Assembly (NCBI GenBank): GCA_965656495.1
Contig: CBFHKU010000006.1
Span: forward strand, 1-64,000
Length of the DNA: 64,000 nt
Origin: Coraliomargaritaceae bacterium
Lineage (GTDB): Bacteria; Verrucomicrobiota; Verrucomicrobiia; Opitutales; Coraliomargaritaceae
Direction of reading: 5' to 3'
Positions 26,448 to 38,408 of this stretch are shown here, one piece after another. Position 1 is the first letter of the stretch, and every line of letters starts with the position of its first letter. Under the pieces are notes generated by a model. The model had not been told where the DNA came from. It worked only from the letters and a program-made list of their open reading frames with translations, and searched no databases. Both the position numbers and the translations under genes were made by a program.

Positions 26448-28160
26448 TTAGAGGTTTTTATCGGTGACGGCGCCTTCGGAGGCGGTGGCGACAAGGGCGG
26501 CGTATTTGCCGAGGACGCCGCGCCGGGTGCCCGGGCCACGGGGTTTAAAGGCCGCCATACGGCGGTCGTATTCGGCGGGTTCAATACAGAGGTTGATGGT
26601 GTTGGTGACGGCGTCGATTTCGATGGTGTCACCGTTTTCGACGATCCCGATAGGGCCGCCGCATGCTGCTTCGGGCGTGATATGCCCTACGTCAAAGCCA
26701 TGACTCCCGCCGGAGAAACGCCCGTCGGTGATGAGGGCGACGTCCTTGATGAGGCCGCGGCCCGCTACCGCGCTGGTGGGGGAGAGCATTTCGCGCATCC
26801 CCGGCCCGCCGACCGGGCCTTCGTTGCGGATGACGACCACGTCGCCTTTCACGACGTCGCCGCGCAGGATGCCAACAAGGGCTGCTTCCTCGCCCTCATA
26901 AACTTTGGCGCAGCCTTTGAAATAGAGTCCTTCCTTGCCGGTGATTTTTCCAACTGCGGCTCCTGGCGCAAGGTTGCCACGCAGGATGCGCAAGTGGGTG
27001 CTCTCTTTGATGGGGTCATCCCAGGGGCGAATGATGTCCTGCTCCTCGGGGTAGGCGCCGTAGGGCGGCTCCTCTGCGAGGGATTCCGCGATGGTTTGAC
27101 CGGTCACGGTGAGGCAATCGCCATGGAGCAGGCTGCGGTCGAGGAGCAATTTCATCATGGGGCGGATGCCGCCGATTCGGATGAGGTGGCTCATGTTATA
27201 TTTTCCGAAGGGTTTAACGTCTGCAAGGAGGGGGATGCGTTCACCAATCGTGGCAAAATCGTCGATGCTGAGTTCGACTTCAGCGGCGTCCGCGATGGCA
27301 AGGAGGTGCAGGATAAGATTGGTGGAACCCCCGAGGGCAAGGCAGGTAGTGATGGCGTTTTCAAAGGCCTTACGGGTCATTATATCGCGGGGCTTCAGTC
27401 CCGATTCCAGCATTTTTACAACGGCGGCGCCGGCTTCTTCGCAATCGCGGCGCTTGGCCTCGCCCACCGCGACTTGGGCGCTACTGCCCGGGAGACTCAT
27501 GCCAAGGGCTTCGATGGCGCTCGCCATGGTATTGGCGGTGTACATGCCGCCACAGGAGCCGGGGCCGGGGATGGCGTATTTTTCGACTTCCTTGAGTTCC
27601 TCGTCCGTTAATTCGCCCTTGGCGTGTTTGCCCACCGCTTCAAAGACCGAGACGATGTCCATCGGCTTGCACTCTTCTTTGTCCTCCGGCATGAAGCCCG
27701 GCAGGATTGTACCGCCATAAACAAAGACGGCGGGGCGGTTGAGCCGCGCAATCGCAATCATGGCGCCCGGCATATTTTTATCACAGCCGCCGATCGCGAC
27801 CAAGCCGTCAAAACCTTCGGCAGCGCAGGCGGTTTCGATGGAATCCGCAATGACGTCGCGGGAGACGAGGCTGTAGCGCATGCCTTTGGTTCCCATGCTG
27901 ATGCCGTCCGTGACGGTAATGGTGTTAAAGCTGACGGCGCGTCCCCCGGCGGCATTGATGCCATTGGAGGCATGTTCCCCGAGTTCCCCTAGGTGGACAT
28001 TGCAGGGGGTCATATTGCTGGGGGAGCTCGCAACTGCGACCTGCGGTTTTTTAAAATCGGCATCATCAAAGCCAACTGCGCGCAGCATGGCGCGGGCGGG
28101 CGCGCGGTCTGGGCCGTCAACAACGACGGAGGAATGGGGGCGAGTGTTCTTATCAGGCAT
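26448..28160 (-). CDS. ilvD: Dihydroxy-acid dehydratase
   Basis: TPCN.H, GGCDKNMPG, CGGMYTANTM, GGSTN, GPGMREM and TDGRFSG motifs. Confidence 0.97.
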   Translation of the reverse strand: MPDKNTRPHSSVVVDGPDRAPARAMLRAVGFDDADFKKPQVAVASSPSNMTPCNVHLGELGEHASNGINAAGGRAVSFNTITVTDGISMGTKGMRYSLVSRDVIADSIETACAAEGFDGLVAIGGCDKNMPGAMIAIARLNRPAVFVYGGTILPGFMPEDKEECKPMDIVSVFEAVGKHAKGELTDEELKEVEKYAIPGPGSCGGMYTANTMASAIEALGMSLPGSSAQVAVGEAKRRDCEEAGAAVVKMLESGLKPRDIMTRKAFENAITTCLALGGSTNLILHLLAIADAAEVELSIDDFATIGERIPLLADVKPFGKYNMSHLIRIGGIRPMMKLLLDRSLLHGDCLTVTGQTIAESLAEEPPYGAYPEEQDIIRPWDDPIKESTHLRILRGNLAPGAAVGKITGKEGLYFKGCAKVYEGEEAALVGILRGDVVKGDVVVIRNEGPVGGPGMREMLSPTSAVAGRGLIKDVALITDGRFSGGSHGFDVGHITPEAACGGPIGIVENGDTIEIDAVTNTINLCIEPAEYDRRMAAFKPRGPGTRRGVLGKYAALVATASEGAVTDKNL

Positions 28161-28288
28161 ATTAAATACTATTCATAGTGAGGAAGCGTATGGAAAGGCA
28201 ACCCCGCAAATCCATGAGCAAGGGTAATAAGGCGGCTGTTTTTTACTGTTCATACTCCAAAAGTTCGATTTGTTTATTCAACAAGCCT

Positions 28289-29074
28289 ATGGAATTTGAC
28301 CTAAACAAAACGCTCGAAGCGCTGCTCCTTTCAACTGCAGAACCGATTACCCTGAAAACTCTGGGGGAGGTCTTTGCGCGCTATCACCGCGAGCAAGCGG
28401 AGGCCGCCGAGGCGGAGGCCGATGCGGAGGAGGTGGATGCCCTGCCCGCGTTGATCAAGGCGGCTGAAATCCGCGAGGCGCTGAACGCGCTGATGGAGGC
28501 GGCAGAGGCGGAGGATAAAGCCTACCGCATCGTAGAGGGGCCGAACGGCTATCAGATCATGACCGCGCCGGTGCATGCGGAATTTGTACGCTTGCTGCGA
28601 AAGGAGCCGCGCCCCCTCAAGCTCAGTCCGGCGGCGCTGGAGACGCTTTCGATTGTGGCGTACCGCCAACCGGTGACCCGGGCGGAGATCGAGGCGATTC
28701 GCGGGGTTTCGGCAGATAGCGCCTTGAATCGTTTGATTGAGCATGAATTGGCGCAGGTTACGGGGCGGGCGGAGTTGCCCGGTCGACCCATCCAGTATGG
28801 CACCACCGATCATTTCCTGGAATTTACCGGTCTGCGTGAATTGGACCAGTTGCCCGCCTCGGATGTTTTGAGCCATCACCAGATTGATGACTGGATGCGC
28901 GCGGGAGAGAACCCTGCCCCTGAGCCGACGGACGGTGATGTGGGGCTGGCGGAGGAACCGCGTCCAGATGAATTGCCTTTGAACCAAGAATATGCCGAAA
29001 TTGAGTGGCAAAAGGAAAACACCGAAAGCGATGCGGCCGAGGTCGTCGCTGAACCCCCTGAAGAGGAGCATTAA
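28289..29074 (+). CDS. scpB: SMC-Scp complex subunit ScpB
   Basis: LS.AALETLSIVAYRQPVTRAEIEAIRGV and GRP..YGTT..FL motifs. Start re-assigned to MEFDL. Confidence 0.95.
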   Translation: MEFDLNKTLEALLLSTAEPITLKTLGEVFARYHREQAEAAEAEADAEEVDALPALIKAAEIREALNALMEAAEAEDKAYRIVEGPNGYQIMTAPVHAEFVRLLRKEPRPLKLSPAALETLSIVAYRQPVTRAEIEAIRGVSADSALNRLIEHELAQVTGRAELPGRPIQYGTTDHFLEFTGLRELDQLPASDVLSHHQIDDWMRAGENPAPEPTDGDVGLAEEPRPDELPLNQEYAEIEWQKENTESDAAEVVAEPPEEEH

Positions 29075-29075
29075 T

Positions 29076-30164
29076 ATGTCAGACGCAATGAACGAAAAAC
29101 TCCGCTCGCACCGTGAGGCCATCGATGCAATCGACCGCGAGATGGTGCGTCTGCTGAATGAGCGGGTTCAAGAAGCCGGTGCGATCGGGAAGATCAAGCA
29201 CGAGAACGGGGCGCCCTACTACGATCCTTCACGCGAGGCGCAGGTCATGGAAAAAATCGCGGCGCTGAATGAAGGCACCCTCAGTGCTGCGGCGCTGCGG
29301 GCGATTTACCGGGAGGTGATTTCCGCCTCCATTGCCCTTGAGAAAAAACTGGTGATTGCATACCTCGGACCGGAGGCGACCTACACGCATCAAGCAGCGG
29401 TGCGCAATTTCGGGGTGAGCCTGGACTATCGTCCCATGACAACCATCGCGGATGTCTTTGCGGAAGTAGAGCGGGGTGAGGCGGATTATGGAGTCATCCC
29501 CATTGAGAATTCGACGGAGGGGGCGGTCTTTCACTCGATGGATATGTTGGTGGATTCGGAGCTTTCGATCTGCTCGCAGGTTTACCTGCCGATTGAGCAT
29601 TGTTTGATTTCGCAGTCGCCGCTTTCGGAGATCCGGGAGGTGCACTCGAAGGATCAGGCGCTGGGGCAGTGTCGGGAATGGTTGCGGCGCAATTTGCCGG
29701 AGGCGCAACTGGTGGACACCTCCAGTACGGCACATGCGGTTAAGTTGGCAAAGTCCAGCCGGGTGGTGGCGGCGGTCGCGAGTGAGTTGGCGGCGGAGCT
29801 GTATGACCTGCCGGTGGTTCAGCGCGGGATTCAAGACAAGACCGATAACGTCACCCGATTCCTGGTGGTGGGCAAAACCGAGGCGCAGGCCCTGGGGAAG
29901 GGACAGGACAAAACCAGCCTGGTCTTTTCCTTGAAGGATGAATGCGGCGCGCTCGAGAAAGCCCTCGAAGCATTTGCGAGCCGGGGTATTAATTTGAGTA
30001 AAATCGAATCGCGCCCGAGTCGCCGCAAAGCCTGGGACTATTATTTCTTCATCGACCTCATTGGGCATCGCGCCGACCCGGAGGTACAGGCAGCGTTTAC
30101 GGAATTGGAGGGGCACTGCTCCTTCGTAAAATGCCTGGGGAGCTACCCAAATAGCGCGCGCTGA
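29076..30164 (+). CDS. pheA: Chorismate mutase/prephenate dehydratase (P-protein)
   Basis: R..ID.ID CM domain, YLGPEATYT, PIENSTEG, NVTRF and INLSKIESRP ACT domain. Start MSDAM. Confidence 0.96.
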   Translation: MSDAMNEKLRSHREAIDAIDREMVRLLNERVQEAGAIGKIKHENGAPYYDPSREAQVMEKIAALNEGTLSAAALRAIYREVISASIALEKKLVIAYLGPEATYTHQAAVRNFGVSLDYRPMTTIADVFAEVERGEADYGVIPIENSTEGAVFHSMDMLVDSELSICSQVYLPIEHCLISQSPLSEIREVHSKDQALGQCREWLRRNLPEAQLVDTSSTAHAVKLAKSSRVVAAVASELAAELYDLPVVQRGIQDKTDNVTRFLVVGKTEAQALGKGQDKTSLVFSLKDECGALEKALEAFASRGINLSKIESRPSRRKAWDYYFFIDLIGHRADPEVQAAFTELEGHCSFVKCLGSYPNSAR

Positions 30165-30310
30165 GCCCATGCGCCCATCCCCGGGCAAAAAAACCTTTAT
30201 AAACGCGGCTTGTGCTTTGCCTCCAAACGTGCAGCCTCCCGCCATTACTTCCGCTCTGTTATTATTTAATCTTGGGTTGGGGGAATGGATATTCAACCTA
30301 GACTCAACTT

Positions 30311-31819
30311 ATGCAGACTAAATTTTCCGACCTTGGGCTATGCCCGGAGCTACTTGAGGGGATCCAGCGGCTGGGCTTCGAGTCGCCTTCTCCCATTCAG
30401 GCGCAGACCATCCCGGTTGCTTTGGCGGGTCAGGATATCGTGGGGCTTTCGCAAACCGGATCCGGAAAAACGGCGGCCTTTGCTTTGCCCGCCTTGAACG
30501 GAGTGGATGTTGCGAAGTTTGAGACTCAGGTTTTGGTGCTGTGCCCGACCCGCGAACTGGCGGTGCAGGTGTGTCAGGAAATCCACCGGCTGGGTGCGGC
30601 GCTGCCCGGCTTGAATGCCATTCCGGTTTACGGGGGCGCACCGATGGACCGCCAGATCAAGGCGCTGCGTCGCGGGGTGCACGTGGTGGTGGGAACCCCG
30701 GGGCGTTTGATGGATCACATGAAGCGCGGAAATTTCAAGGGCGAGTCGGTACAGATGTGCATTCTTGATGAGGCGGATCGCATGCTGGATATGGGCTTCC
30801 GCGATGATATGGAGGTGATTCTCGATGCGCTGCCAAAGGAACGCCAAACTTTGTTTTTCTCGGCGACCATGAACAAGGGGGTCGGTGGCCTGATAAAAGC
30901 CTTCAGTCGCGACGCGCAGCAAATTTCCATTGAGCGCCAGGCCTTGACGGTGGACACGATTGAGCAGAGCTATTACGAGGTTCGCAATCGTTCGAAAATT
31001 GAAGTGATGTGCCGTTTGCTGGATTTGGAGGCGGCGCCCCGGGGGATCGTATTTTGTAATACCAAGCAGATGGTGGAGGAGGCTTCCGCCGCGCTGGTGG
31101 CGCGGGGTTATCTCGCCGACCATATTCACGGGGACATCCCGCAGCGCTCGCGGGAGCGGGTCTTCCGGAAGTTCAAGGAGGGGGAATTGGAAATGCTGGT
31201 GGCAACGGATGTCGCGGCGCGGGGTCTGGACGTGGACGATGTGAGCGTGGTATTCAACTACGATTTGCCCTACGACCCGGAGGATTACGTGCACCGCATT
31301 GGGCGGACCGGTCGGGCGGGGCGTTCCGGTAAATCCATTACCTTTGTTTACGGGCGCGACATTTATCGTCTGGAAGCGATCGAGCGTTACACGCGGCAAC
31401 AGATTCCGCGTTGCCGGATTCCCACTCAGGAAGAAGTGGAGGGACACAAGGCGGATAAGGTCTTTGACCGGGTGCGTGATTTACTGGACTCAGGCAAGGC
31501 AGGCAGTTACGGGCATTTGGTGGACCGTCTTCTGGATGCGGGGCATACGCCCACCGATATCGCGAGCGGGCTGTTTCATCTTCTCCGGGAGGATGACAAG
31601 CGGGAGAGTGTCACGATCGCGGAGGATTCGGAGCCATACAGTGACCGTCCGCAATCGATTGGTGCCGGCAAGAAGCCGTATCACAAACGGAAGGGCGGCT
31701 TCAAGCACGGCTACAAAGGCAAAGAGGGAAAAAAATTTGGTGGCAAAAAGAATTTCAAAGGCTCGGGAGGCGGTAAAGCCCTTGGCCCGAACCGCCGATT
31801 CAAGCGCCCCAAAGATTAA
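30311..31819 (+). CDS. DEAD-box RNA helicase (DeaD/CshA-like)
   Basis: Q motif, QTGSGKT, PTRELA, TPGR, DEAD, SAT, ARGLD and [10 protein letters not shown] motifs; Lys/Gly-rich tail. Confidence 0.96.
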   Translation: MQTKFSDLGLCPELLEGIQRLGFESPSPIQAQTIPVALAGQDIVGLSQTGSGKTAAFALPALNGVDVAKFETQVLVLCPTRELAVQVCQEIHRLGAALPGLNAIPVYGGAPMDRQIKALRRGVHVVVGTPGRLMDHMKRGNFKGESVQMCILDEADRMLDMGFRDDMEVILDALPKERQTLFFSATMNKGVGGLIKAFSRDAQQISIERQALTVDTIEQSYYEVRNRSKIEVMCRLLDLEAAPRGIVFCNTKQMVEEASAALVARGYLADHIHGDIPQRSRERVFRKFKEGELEMLVATDVAARGLDVDDVSVVFNYDLPYDPEDYVHRIGRTGRAGRSGKSITFVYGRDIYRLEAIERYTRQQIPRCRIPTQEEVEGHKADKVFDRVRDLLDSGKAGSYGHLVDRLLDAGHTPTDIASGLFHLLREDDKRESVTIAEDSEPYSDRPQSIGAGKKPYHKRKGGFKHGYKGKEGKKFGGKKNFKGSGGGKALGPNRRFKRPKD

Positions 31820-31823
31820 TTTT

Positions 31824-34214
31824 CTAAAGGGCTTTGGTCGCCATGCGGGGTTCTTCTTGTGGTGCGAGTTGTTGTACCCAGTCTGCAATAATGCGGGCAG
31901 TTTCTCGCAGATAGATATCAAAGCTTTCCTCTTCTTCCTCATCCATCTCCTCCTCGGTCTCGACTTCGGTCGTTTCAGTTTCGGAGGGGGCTACTTCGGC
32001 CTCGGGATCCGCACTTAGGTTTTCTGCGGAGATCGCTTCCTGCTCTTCGCTGATTTTGGTAAGGAATTCCTGAGTGGGGTAGTTGTTTTCGCGGAGCGCC
32101 TCAAAGGTATCGTTGAGTTCCTTGGCGTAGGCTTCGTCTTCGATTTTGCGAGCGACTCGTTTAGCGAGGTTGATGGAGATGGCCTTTTGTTCGTAACGTT
32201 CCTTCCGCCAAGCGATTTGTTTCTTGAGGAAGTCGAATTCTTCAAGGGTTTCCTGTCGTTGTTCGCTCGCTTGACCGAGGCGTTCGAAGATGGCGGGGTC
32301 GTCGGCGCTGACAACGCCGAGGCTTGCCCAGTCCATATCAGAATCAAGGGCAGGGATTTGGTTCCAGGGGAGGGCGTGCGGCAGGTCGGATTCGCCGATG
32401 GGCAGGAATTCGTTGCTGGAGGGCAGGGCAATGTGTGAGGGCACGCCCTTGAGTTGGGTGGAGGTGCCTCCGGGCAGGTAGAATTGCTTGATGGTTATTT
32501 TGCTGGCAACGGGTCGGGTGGTCGAGGTGGGTTGGTTAAATTGCGGTAGGAAGCTGAAGAGCGGACGGCTGTTCATGTGGTAGACTTCCTGCACGGTTCC
32601 TTTTCCGTGAGTAGAGGAGTTGCCGATTATGAGGGCTCGCCGGTGGTCGCGCAACGCACCCGCGACAATCTCAGAGGCAGAGGCGCTGAAGCGCGAGGTG
32701 AGGACTGCAAGGGGGCCATCCCAAAGGAGGCGCGGGTCGTTGTCCGGCAAAACGTCAATACGACCGGTTTTGTCGCGCACCTGAACGACCGGGCCGGTGG
32801 GGATAAAGAGTCCCGCAACGCGAACCGCTTCGGTGAGCAGGCCGCCGCCGTTATTGCGGAGATCCAGAATAATGCCCTCCACACCACCGTCTTTCAATTT
32901 GTTGAGTAGTTCCGCGATATCGGCAGAGGATGTGGTGAGATTGTCACCCAGTCCGATATTGCCGTAGAAGGAGGGGAGTTGGATAACGCCAATTTTGCGC
33001 ACCTGATCCGCGCCGGTGGGTACTTCGATTAATTGAGCGGTGGCGAGATTGGCGGTGAGTTTGACTTCCCCGCGGACGATCGAGACCACTTTGCGCACCG
33101 AGGGGTCGGTATCGGCGGGATGAATGAGGAGGCGTACGGTGGTGCCTTTTTCGCCTTTGATTTTACGGACAACATACCGGAGTTGCATATCGATGATGTC
33201 CTCAAATTCACCGTCATCCCCTTGGGCAACGCCAAGGATTTCATCGCCAGCCTCAAGTTTGCGGGAGGCCTCTGCCGGGCCGCCCGGAAGGATGTCTTTT
33301 ATGGTGCAAATCCCGTCCTCATCCTGCAGGAGGGCACCGATTCCGACAAAGGAGTTTTGCACCGAGGAGTTGAAATTTTCAAGGGTATCGGCAGATAGAA
33401 ATGAGGAGTGCGGGTCAAAGAGTTGTGTCATGGAGTTGACGTAGGCTTCCTGAACTTCGGCGGCTTCACGTTTTTGGATGAGCCCGAGGCGTCGCTCGTA
33501 ACGGCGGTGAATTTTCGCTTTTGCCTGCTCAAGCATATCGGCATAATGCGCGGGGTCGTTGAGGAGGCGCAGCACTTTTTCCGGATCAAAGCTCTCCTCG
33601 GCGTCGTCTTCATCGAGAGTTATCTCATGCGTCAGTTGTTGCAATTCACGGGAATCCAGTTTCTCAAGGTCGCTTTCAGAGGCGAGGGAAAGCATTTCGT
33701 TGAGGAGTTCGTATTTGATTCGCCGTTCCCAAAGGGCATCTGCCTCCTTGGTGTCGGTGGGCCAAGGGGCATCCTCGCGGTCGGTGTAGAAACTTTCATC
33801 GATGCTGAAGTCGAGGTCGCTTTCCAGACGTTCATAAATCCATTGGGTGCGGGCCTCCATGTTTTGGCGGAAGGCTCTGAATATTTCAAAGGCGGCGTAG
33901 AGGTTGCCTTTTTGAAGAAAGGCTTCCATCGCGTCGGCAAATCGGAAGTGAAATTCGTCCAGTTCGCTTTGGAGAAAATACATCCGGCTGTAGTCAAAAC
34001 TTTTGACATAGGCGTCGATGATTTCACGCCCATCGAGTTCGCCGATGGTATCGCGGAGGTAGTGGCGATTGTTGATGGTATTGACGACCCAGCGGGTTTG
34101 CTCGCTCATTTCAGTGCTTGGAGCGAGAGGGGTTTCCGAAGCGGTGACGAGGAGGGGAAGGATGCTGAGCGCCGCGGTGGCAAGGCTCCGGTTTAAGGAT
34201 AAGAAGGCTTTCAT
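31824..34214 (-). CDS. prc: Carboxy-terminal processing (tail-specific) protease, S41
   Basis: [38 protein letters not shown] and STQ.KGV motifs. Confidence 0.92.
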   Translation of the reverse strand: MKAFLSLNRSLATAALSILPLLVTASETPLAPSTEMSEQTRWVVNTINNRHYLRDTIGELDGREIIDAYVKSFDYSRMYFLQSELDEFHFRFADAMEAFLQKGNLYAAFEIFRAFRQNMEARTQWIYERLESDLDFSIDESFYTDREDAPWPTDTKEADALWERRIKYELLNEMLSLASESDLEKLDSRELQQLTHEITLDEDDAEESFDPEKVLRLLNDPAHYADMLEQAKAKIHRRYERRLGLIQKREAAEVQEAYVNSMTQLFDPHSSFLSADTLENFNSSVQNSFVGIGALLQDEDGICTIKDILPGGPAEASRKLEAGDEILGVAQGDDGEFEDIIDMQLRYVVRKIKGEKGTTVRLLIHPADTDPSVRKVVSIVRGEVKLTANLATAQLIEVPTGADQVRKIGVIQLPSFYGNIGLGDNLTTSSADIAELLNKLKDGGVEGIILDLRNNGGGLLTEAVRVAGLFIPTGPVVQVRDKTGRIDVLPDNDPRLLWDGPLAVLTSRFSASASEIVAGALRDHRRALIIGNSSTHGKGTVQEVYHMNSRPLFSFLPQFNQPTSTTRPVASKITIKQFYLPGGTSTQLKGVPSHIALPSSNEFLPIGESDLPHALPWNQIPALDSDMDWASLGVVSADDPAIFERLGQASEQRQETLEEFDFLKKQIAWRKERYEQKAISINLAKRVARKIEDEAYAKELNDTFEALRENNYPTQEFLTKISEEQEAISAENLSADPEAEVAPSETETTEVETEEEMDEEEEESFDIYLRETARIIADWVQQLAPQEEPRMATKAL

Positions 34215-34244
34215 GTGGTGAGCGAGTGGTTGAGTTGTGGTGCG

Positions 34245-35144
34245 CTAGGAGAGGTCTTGGTGGGCGCGCTGTAGGGTTTCTTTTTCCTTATCGTTAAGGG
34301 CATTGAATCCGTGCGCGCTGATTTTATCGAGGATGCGGTCCACTTCTGGCGTGGTTTTTTGAGCAGAGGGGCGATTGACGGTGTATTTTGCGGCAGCTTT
34401 ATTTTTGCGGCGGGTGAACCATTTTGGTAATTCGATTCCGGCGTTATTTGAAGCAGGCCCTGAAAATTTCAACTTGTCGGCATAACGGTAGTAGAGAAAA
34501 CCAAAGAGGATTCCGCCCAAGTGCGCGGAGTGCGCAATTCCCGGACCCGCCTTGCCGAGTTCAAGAAAGAGGAGGCCAAAAATCGAGAATGCGAAGGCGA
34601 TCCTCAGGAGATATTTGGGCTTGATGGAAACGGGAATGACGAAAAATAGGAGCAGGGTGATGGTATGTTCCGGGTGGCGCAGACAGAAGAGGGCAACGAG
34701 GGCTGAAACGGAGGCAGACGCGCCGATGACCACTACCGGAGAGTTGTAGTGAAAGATGAGATAAAGGAGGCCGCCGCTGAGGGCCCCGCCGAGATAAAGG
34801 ATGAGGAAGGGTTTCTGACCGAGTTGTGGCTCGAGGATGCGCCCCAGAAAGAAGAGGCCGGCCATGTTGCCGATGATGTGCAGGATATTGTTGAGGCTGT
34901 GCAGGAAGCCGTAACTGAGGAGGGTCCAGACCTTGAGCTCCTGAAAATGAAGCCCACTGAGCGCAAACCATTCGTTGAAGAAATTCTGAGTGAGACCGGT
35001 ACCTCGGGCTCCGGGGAAGAAAACATGCAGGAGGTGTTGCAGGACAAAGACCACCAGGGTTCCGATCAAGAGGGTGTTGGTGACGCGGTGCGGTGATTTT
35101 TCAGGCTCGCGGGGCGTCCGCATGTATGGTCGGTCGTAAATCAT
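34245..35144 (-). CDS. Rhomboid intramembrane serine protease
   Basis: FLH...HI.GNM, GASA catalytic Ser, AHSAHLGG, and C-terminal VDRILDKIS..G...L...EK domain. Confidence 0.93.
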   Translation of the reverse strand: MIYDRPYMRTPREPEKSPHRVTNTLLIGTLVVFVLQHLLHVFFPGARGTGLTQNFFNEWFALSGLHFQELKVWTLLSYGFLHSLNNILHIIGNMAGLFFLGRILEPQLGQKPFLILYLGGALSGGLLYLIFHYNSPVVVIGASASVSALVALFCLRHPEHTITLLLFFVIPVSIKPKYLLRIAFAFSIFGLLFLELGKAGPGIAHSAHLGGILFGFLYYRYADKLKFSGPASNNAGIELPKWFTRRKNKAAAKYTVNRPSAQKTTPEVDRILDKISAHGFNALNDKEKETLQRAHQDLS

Positions 35145-35259
35145 TGGAAGGAAGTTATAGCTTAAAAGCGGTGTTTGCCAAGTAGCGAGACCCTAATGCT
35201 TGCCATGAGGTTCCTTTCTTCCCGCTTGACTTGGTGCTTTTCTGTGTAGCATTTAAGGT

Positions 35260-35496
35260 ATGGCAGAAAAAGATGAAAAATGGCCTGAAAATATAAAAGG
35301 CAAATTCTACGTGGACGAGCAATGCATCGACTGTGATCTGTGCCGCGAAACCGCGCCGGACAACTTCATGCGTTACGAGGATGGTGGCTATTCCTATGTG
35401 TACAAGCAGCCGGAATCGGAGGCGGAAGCAGCGCTCTGCCAGGAGGCCCTGGAGGGCTGCCCGGTGGAGGCTATCGGAGAAGACGGCGAGGACTAG
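35260..35496 (+). CDS. Ferredoxin (single 4Fe-4S cluster)
   Basis: CIDCDLC...AP and CPVEAI motifs. Confidence 0.93.
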   Translation: MAEKDEKWPENIKGKFYVDEQCIDCDLCRETAPDNFMRYEDGGYSYVYKQPESEAEAALCQEALEGCPVEAIGEDGED

Positions 35497-37034
35497 GCCT
35501 CGATTGCGTCTTCCAGGATCTTGAAGAGCTCGTCTTCGCTGACGCGGCGCTGCTCGCAGGTATCGCGATCGCGGAGGGTGACGGTGCCGTCTTTCTCGAT
35601 GGTATCGAAATCGATCGTAATCCCGAAGGGGGTCCCGATTTCATCCTGACGCCGGTAACGACGCCCGATAGCACCGGAGGCGTCGTAGAAGACGTTCCAG
35701 CGGCGTTGGAGTTTGCGGTAGAGCGCCTCGGCGCGTTCAACGAGTTCCGGTTTGTTTTTGAGGAGGGGGAAGACCGCGGCCTTGTAGGGCGCAATGCGTG
35801 GGCTGAACTTCAAGAGGGTCCGTTTTTCGGTTTTGCCTTTATCGTTTGGAACTTCGTCCTCGCAATAAGCGGCAGTCAGGACCGCGAGGAGGGTGCGGTC
35901 CACGCCGAGGGAGGGTTCAATCACGTGAGGGACAAATTTTTCTTTGGAAGCCTCGTCAAAGAACTCCATGGATTTCCCGGAGAATTGCTGATGTTGCTTG
36001 AGGTCGTAGTCCGAACGGCAGGCGATTCCCCAGAGTTCCTGTTCGCCGTGGGGGAAATGGAACATGAGGTCGGTGGTGGCCTGTGAATAAAAGGCGAGTT
36101 TGTCCTCGGGGTGGATATCCTCGGTGATGGATTCGCGGGGCAGGCCGATCGCAACGAGCCACTCGATACAGGTGTCCAACCATTCGCGGTGGAGGCTGCG
36201 CCAATCGGCGGAGGGCGCGATGAAATATTCGATTTCCATTTGCTCGAACTCGCGGGAACGGAAGATGAAATTGCGCGGGGTGATCTCGTTGCGGAAGGCT
36301 TTGCCGATTTGGGCAATGCCGAAGGGGAGTTTGACGCGGCCGGTATCAACGACGTTTTTGTAATTGGCAAAGATTCCCTGCGCGGTCTCGGGTCGGAGGT
36401 AAGCGGTGGCAGAATCGTCTGCGAGGGGGCCGACTTTGGTTTCAAACATGAGTTTGAATTCGCGCGGTTCGGTAAGGGTGCCGGGCTCGGAGGCCTCGGG
36501 CCCGATGGTTTGGGCGCGTTCGGCTTCGGTGCTCTCGGTGAACTCCCGGGCTTGATCTGCGAGGGCGGCTTCGTCGATCGTCGCGGTTTTATCGCCCGCG
36601 CGGTCACGAATTTTTTTTGCGAGCTTGAGGCATTCGGCGGAGTCGGTGCCTTCCATGAAGGCGATGAAACCGGCGGGGATTCCATTGAGCAAGACCGGTG
36701 CGTAAAAGAGCTGGTCGGCGCGGTAGCGGCTTTTGGATTCACGGCAATCCACCATGGGGTCCGAGAAGCCATCGACGTGGCCGGAAGCCTGCCAAATGCG
36801 GGGGTGCATAATGATGCTGGAATCAAGGCCGACAACGTCATCGCGTTGTTGGACAAAATGGCGCCACCAGGCTTGCTTGATGTTGTTGCGGAGTTCAACG
36901 CCAAGGGGGCCGTAATCGAAAAATCCGTTGTAGCCGCCGTAGATTTCGGACGATGGGAAGATGAACCCGCGTCGTTTGCAAAGACCGACGAGTTCGTCCA
37001 TGAGGGCGGTATTGGCAGCAGCTGGAGCGTTCAT
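35493..37034 (-). CDS. glyQS: Glycine--tRNA ligase, alpha2 type
   Basis: [50 protein letters not shown] and [14 protein letters not shown] motifs. Confidence 0.96.
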   Translation of the reverse strand: MNAPAAANTALMDELVGLCKRRGFIFPSSEIYGGYNGFFDYGPLGVELRNNIKQAWWRHFVQQRDDVVGLDSSIIMHPRIWQASGHVDGFSDPMVDCRESKSRYRADQLFYAPVLLNGIPAGFIAFMEGTDSAECLKLAKKIRDRAGDKTATIDEAALADQAREFTESTEAERAQTIGPEASEPGTLTEPREFKLMFETKVGPLADDSATAYLRPETAQGIFANYKNVVDTGRVKLPFGIAQIGKAFRNEITPRNFIFRSREFEQMEIEYFIAPSADWRSLHREWLDTCIEWLVAIGLPRESITEDIHPEDKLAFYSQATTDLMFHFPHGEQELWGIACRSDYDLKQHQQFSGKSMEFFDEASKEKFVPHVIEPSLGVDRTLLAVLTAAYCEDEVPNDKGKTEKRTLLKFSPRIAPYKAAVFPLLKNKPELVERAEALYRKLQRRWNVFYDASGAIGRRYRRQDEIGTPFGITIDFDTIEKDGTVTLRDRDTCEQRRVSEDELFKILEDAIEA

Positions 37035-37114
37035 AGGCGCTTGAAAGAAGCATCGTGTGCGGGAACGGTCAAGAATAGGTTGCAGGGCAGGGTGGAATAC
37101 TCAAGCTGGCGTTC

Positions 37115-37828
37115 ATGAGCAAGGCGGTGACAAAACCGGGTAAATCGGGCGCAATCCATGATCTGAGTATTTGGCAGCGGGCTTTGTTGCGTGTGCTGGT
37201 GGGGGTGATGCGCCTTTGGGCGTCGACTTTGCGCCTGCAGGTTCCGGCGGAATGCCACACTTTTTTGGAGGCCTTAAAGGAGCGCCCCGGCTTGGTGGTT
37301 TTATGGCACAATCGCTTGTTTATGGGGCCGGATCTCTTGCACCGATACGGGCTCAAGGGTGAGATGGCGGCCTTGGTGAGTGCGAGCGGGGATGGTGCCT
37401 ACATGAGTGCGGTGCTGGAACTTTTTGGCATTGCGCCGGTGCGGGGCTCACGCAACCGACGGGGTCGGGAGGCGTTGCTGGAATTAGTAACGGCGCGACA
37501 GGCGGGGAAGAGTATTCTGATAACACCGGACGGCTCGCGTGGGCCGGTCTATGTAATGAAGCCCGGGGCGGCAGTGCTGGCGCGGGAGACAGAATCTGAC
37601 GTCTATCTGCTATCAATCAACTTCCGCCGCGCCTGGCGTTTGCGCAGCTGGGATCGTTTTTACCTCCCGAAACCATTCAGCCAGGCGGAAATGCGGGTGC
37701 AGTGCGTGCCTGCGATGGAATTGACGGCGGCGACCAGTTGTGAGGCCGCCACCGAGATGCTGGAGGGTGCTTTAAATGACCTTACCGAAGATGCGATTCT
37801 GGGTAAGGGTGCAGACGCTGAGTCTTAG
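37115..37828 (+). CDS. DUF374 lysophospholipid acyltransferase-superfamily protein
   Basis: LWHNRL, LVSASGDG, VRGS, ITPDGSRGP and SWDRF.LPKPFS motifs. Confidence 0.88.
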   Translation: MSKAVTKPGKSGAIHDLSIWQRALLRVLVGVMRLWASTLRLQVPAECHTFLEALKERPGLVVLWHNRLFMGPDLLHRYGLKGEMAALVSASGDGAYMSAVLELFGIAPVRGSRNRRGREALLELVTARQAGKSILITPDGSRGPVYVMKPGAAVLARETESDVYLLSINFRRAWRLRSWDRFYLPKPFSQAEMRVQCVPAMELTAATSCEAATEMLEGALNDLTEDAILGKGADAES

Positions 37829-38296
37829 CTACCAAGCAAAGGTCGGTGAACTGATCGACTCCTTCCCTGCGGCAATCTTGAGGTTGCTGCCTTCAGACCA
37901 CAGTTCATCGTTGATGAGGAATTTGAATTCGATCTGCTTTGCAGGATAGTGCGTCGTGAAGCTCCACTCGTAGGGGGAAATGTTTTCCATGAGGATGCCG
38001 TGCTCCCAATCGAGTCCGCCGTTTTCGCCGCGAATGTAGAGTTGGTTGCCGAAGCCGACATCAACACGGGCAATGATGCGGGTCATGGTCAGCTTCTTTG
38101 CGGCGGTTTTTTTGACGACTTTCTTGGCAACCTTTTTCGCGGGAGCCTTTTTGGTGGCCTTCTTTTTAACGGGTGCTTTTTTAGCGGGAGCTTTCTTCAC
38201 CGGCGCTTTCTTTGCGGGAACTTTTTTTGTTACAGCCTTTTTCGCGGGCGCTTTCTTGGTGGCGACCTTCTTGGTGGTTTTCTTTTTAATTGGCAT
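37829..38296 (-). CDS. Histone-H1-like Lys/Ala/Pro-rich protein with C-terminal CBM20/CBM48-like beta-sandwich
   Basis: ~70 aa of KKAPA/KKAPV repeats, followed by DVGFGN.LYIRG...L.W..G..M...W...IEFKFLIND..W..G.N. Confidence 0.7.
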   Translation of the reverse strand: MPIKKKTTKKVATKKAPAKKAVTKKVPAKKAPVKKAPAKKAPVKKKATKKAPAKKVAKKVVKKTAAKKLTMTRIIARVDVGFGNQLYIRGENGGLDWEHGILMENISPYEWSFTTHYPAKQIEFKFLINDELWSEGSNLKIAAGKESISSPTFAW

Positions 38297-38408
38297 AATG
38301 ATAGTCCTTTCTGATGCAGTTGCGTTGAACAGAAGAAATACTGAATAGCATATTATGAGCCAAAACAGGAGCTTATAATCATCCTGATTGTATCAAATAA
38401 TAGTAAAT

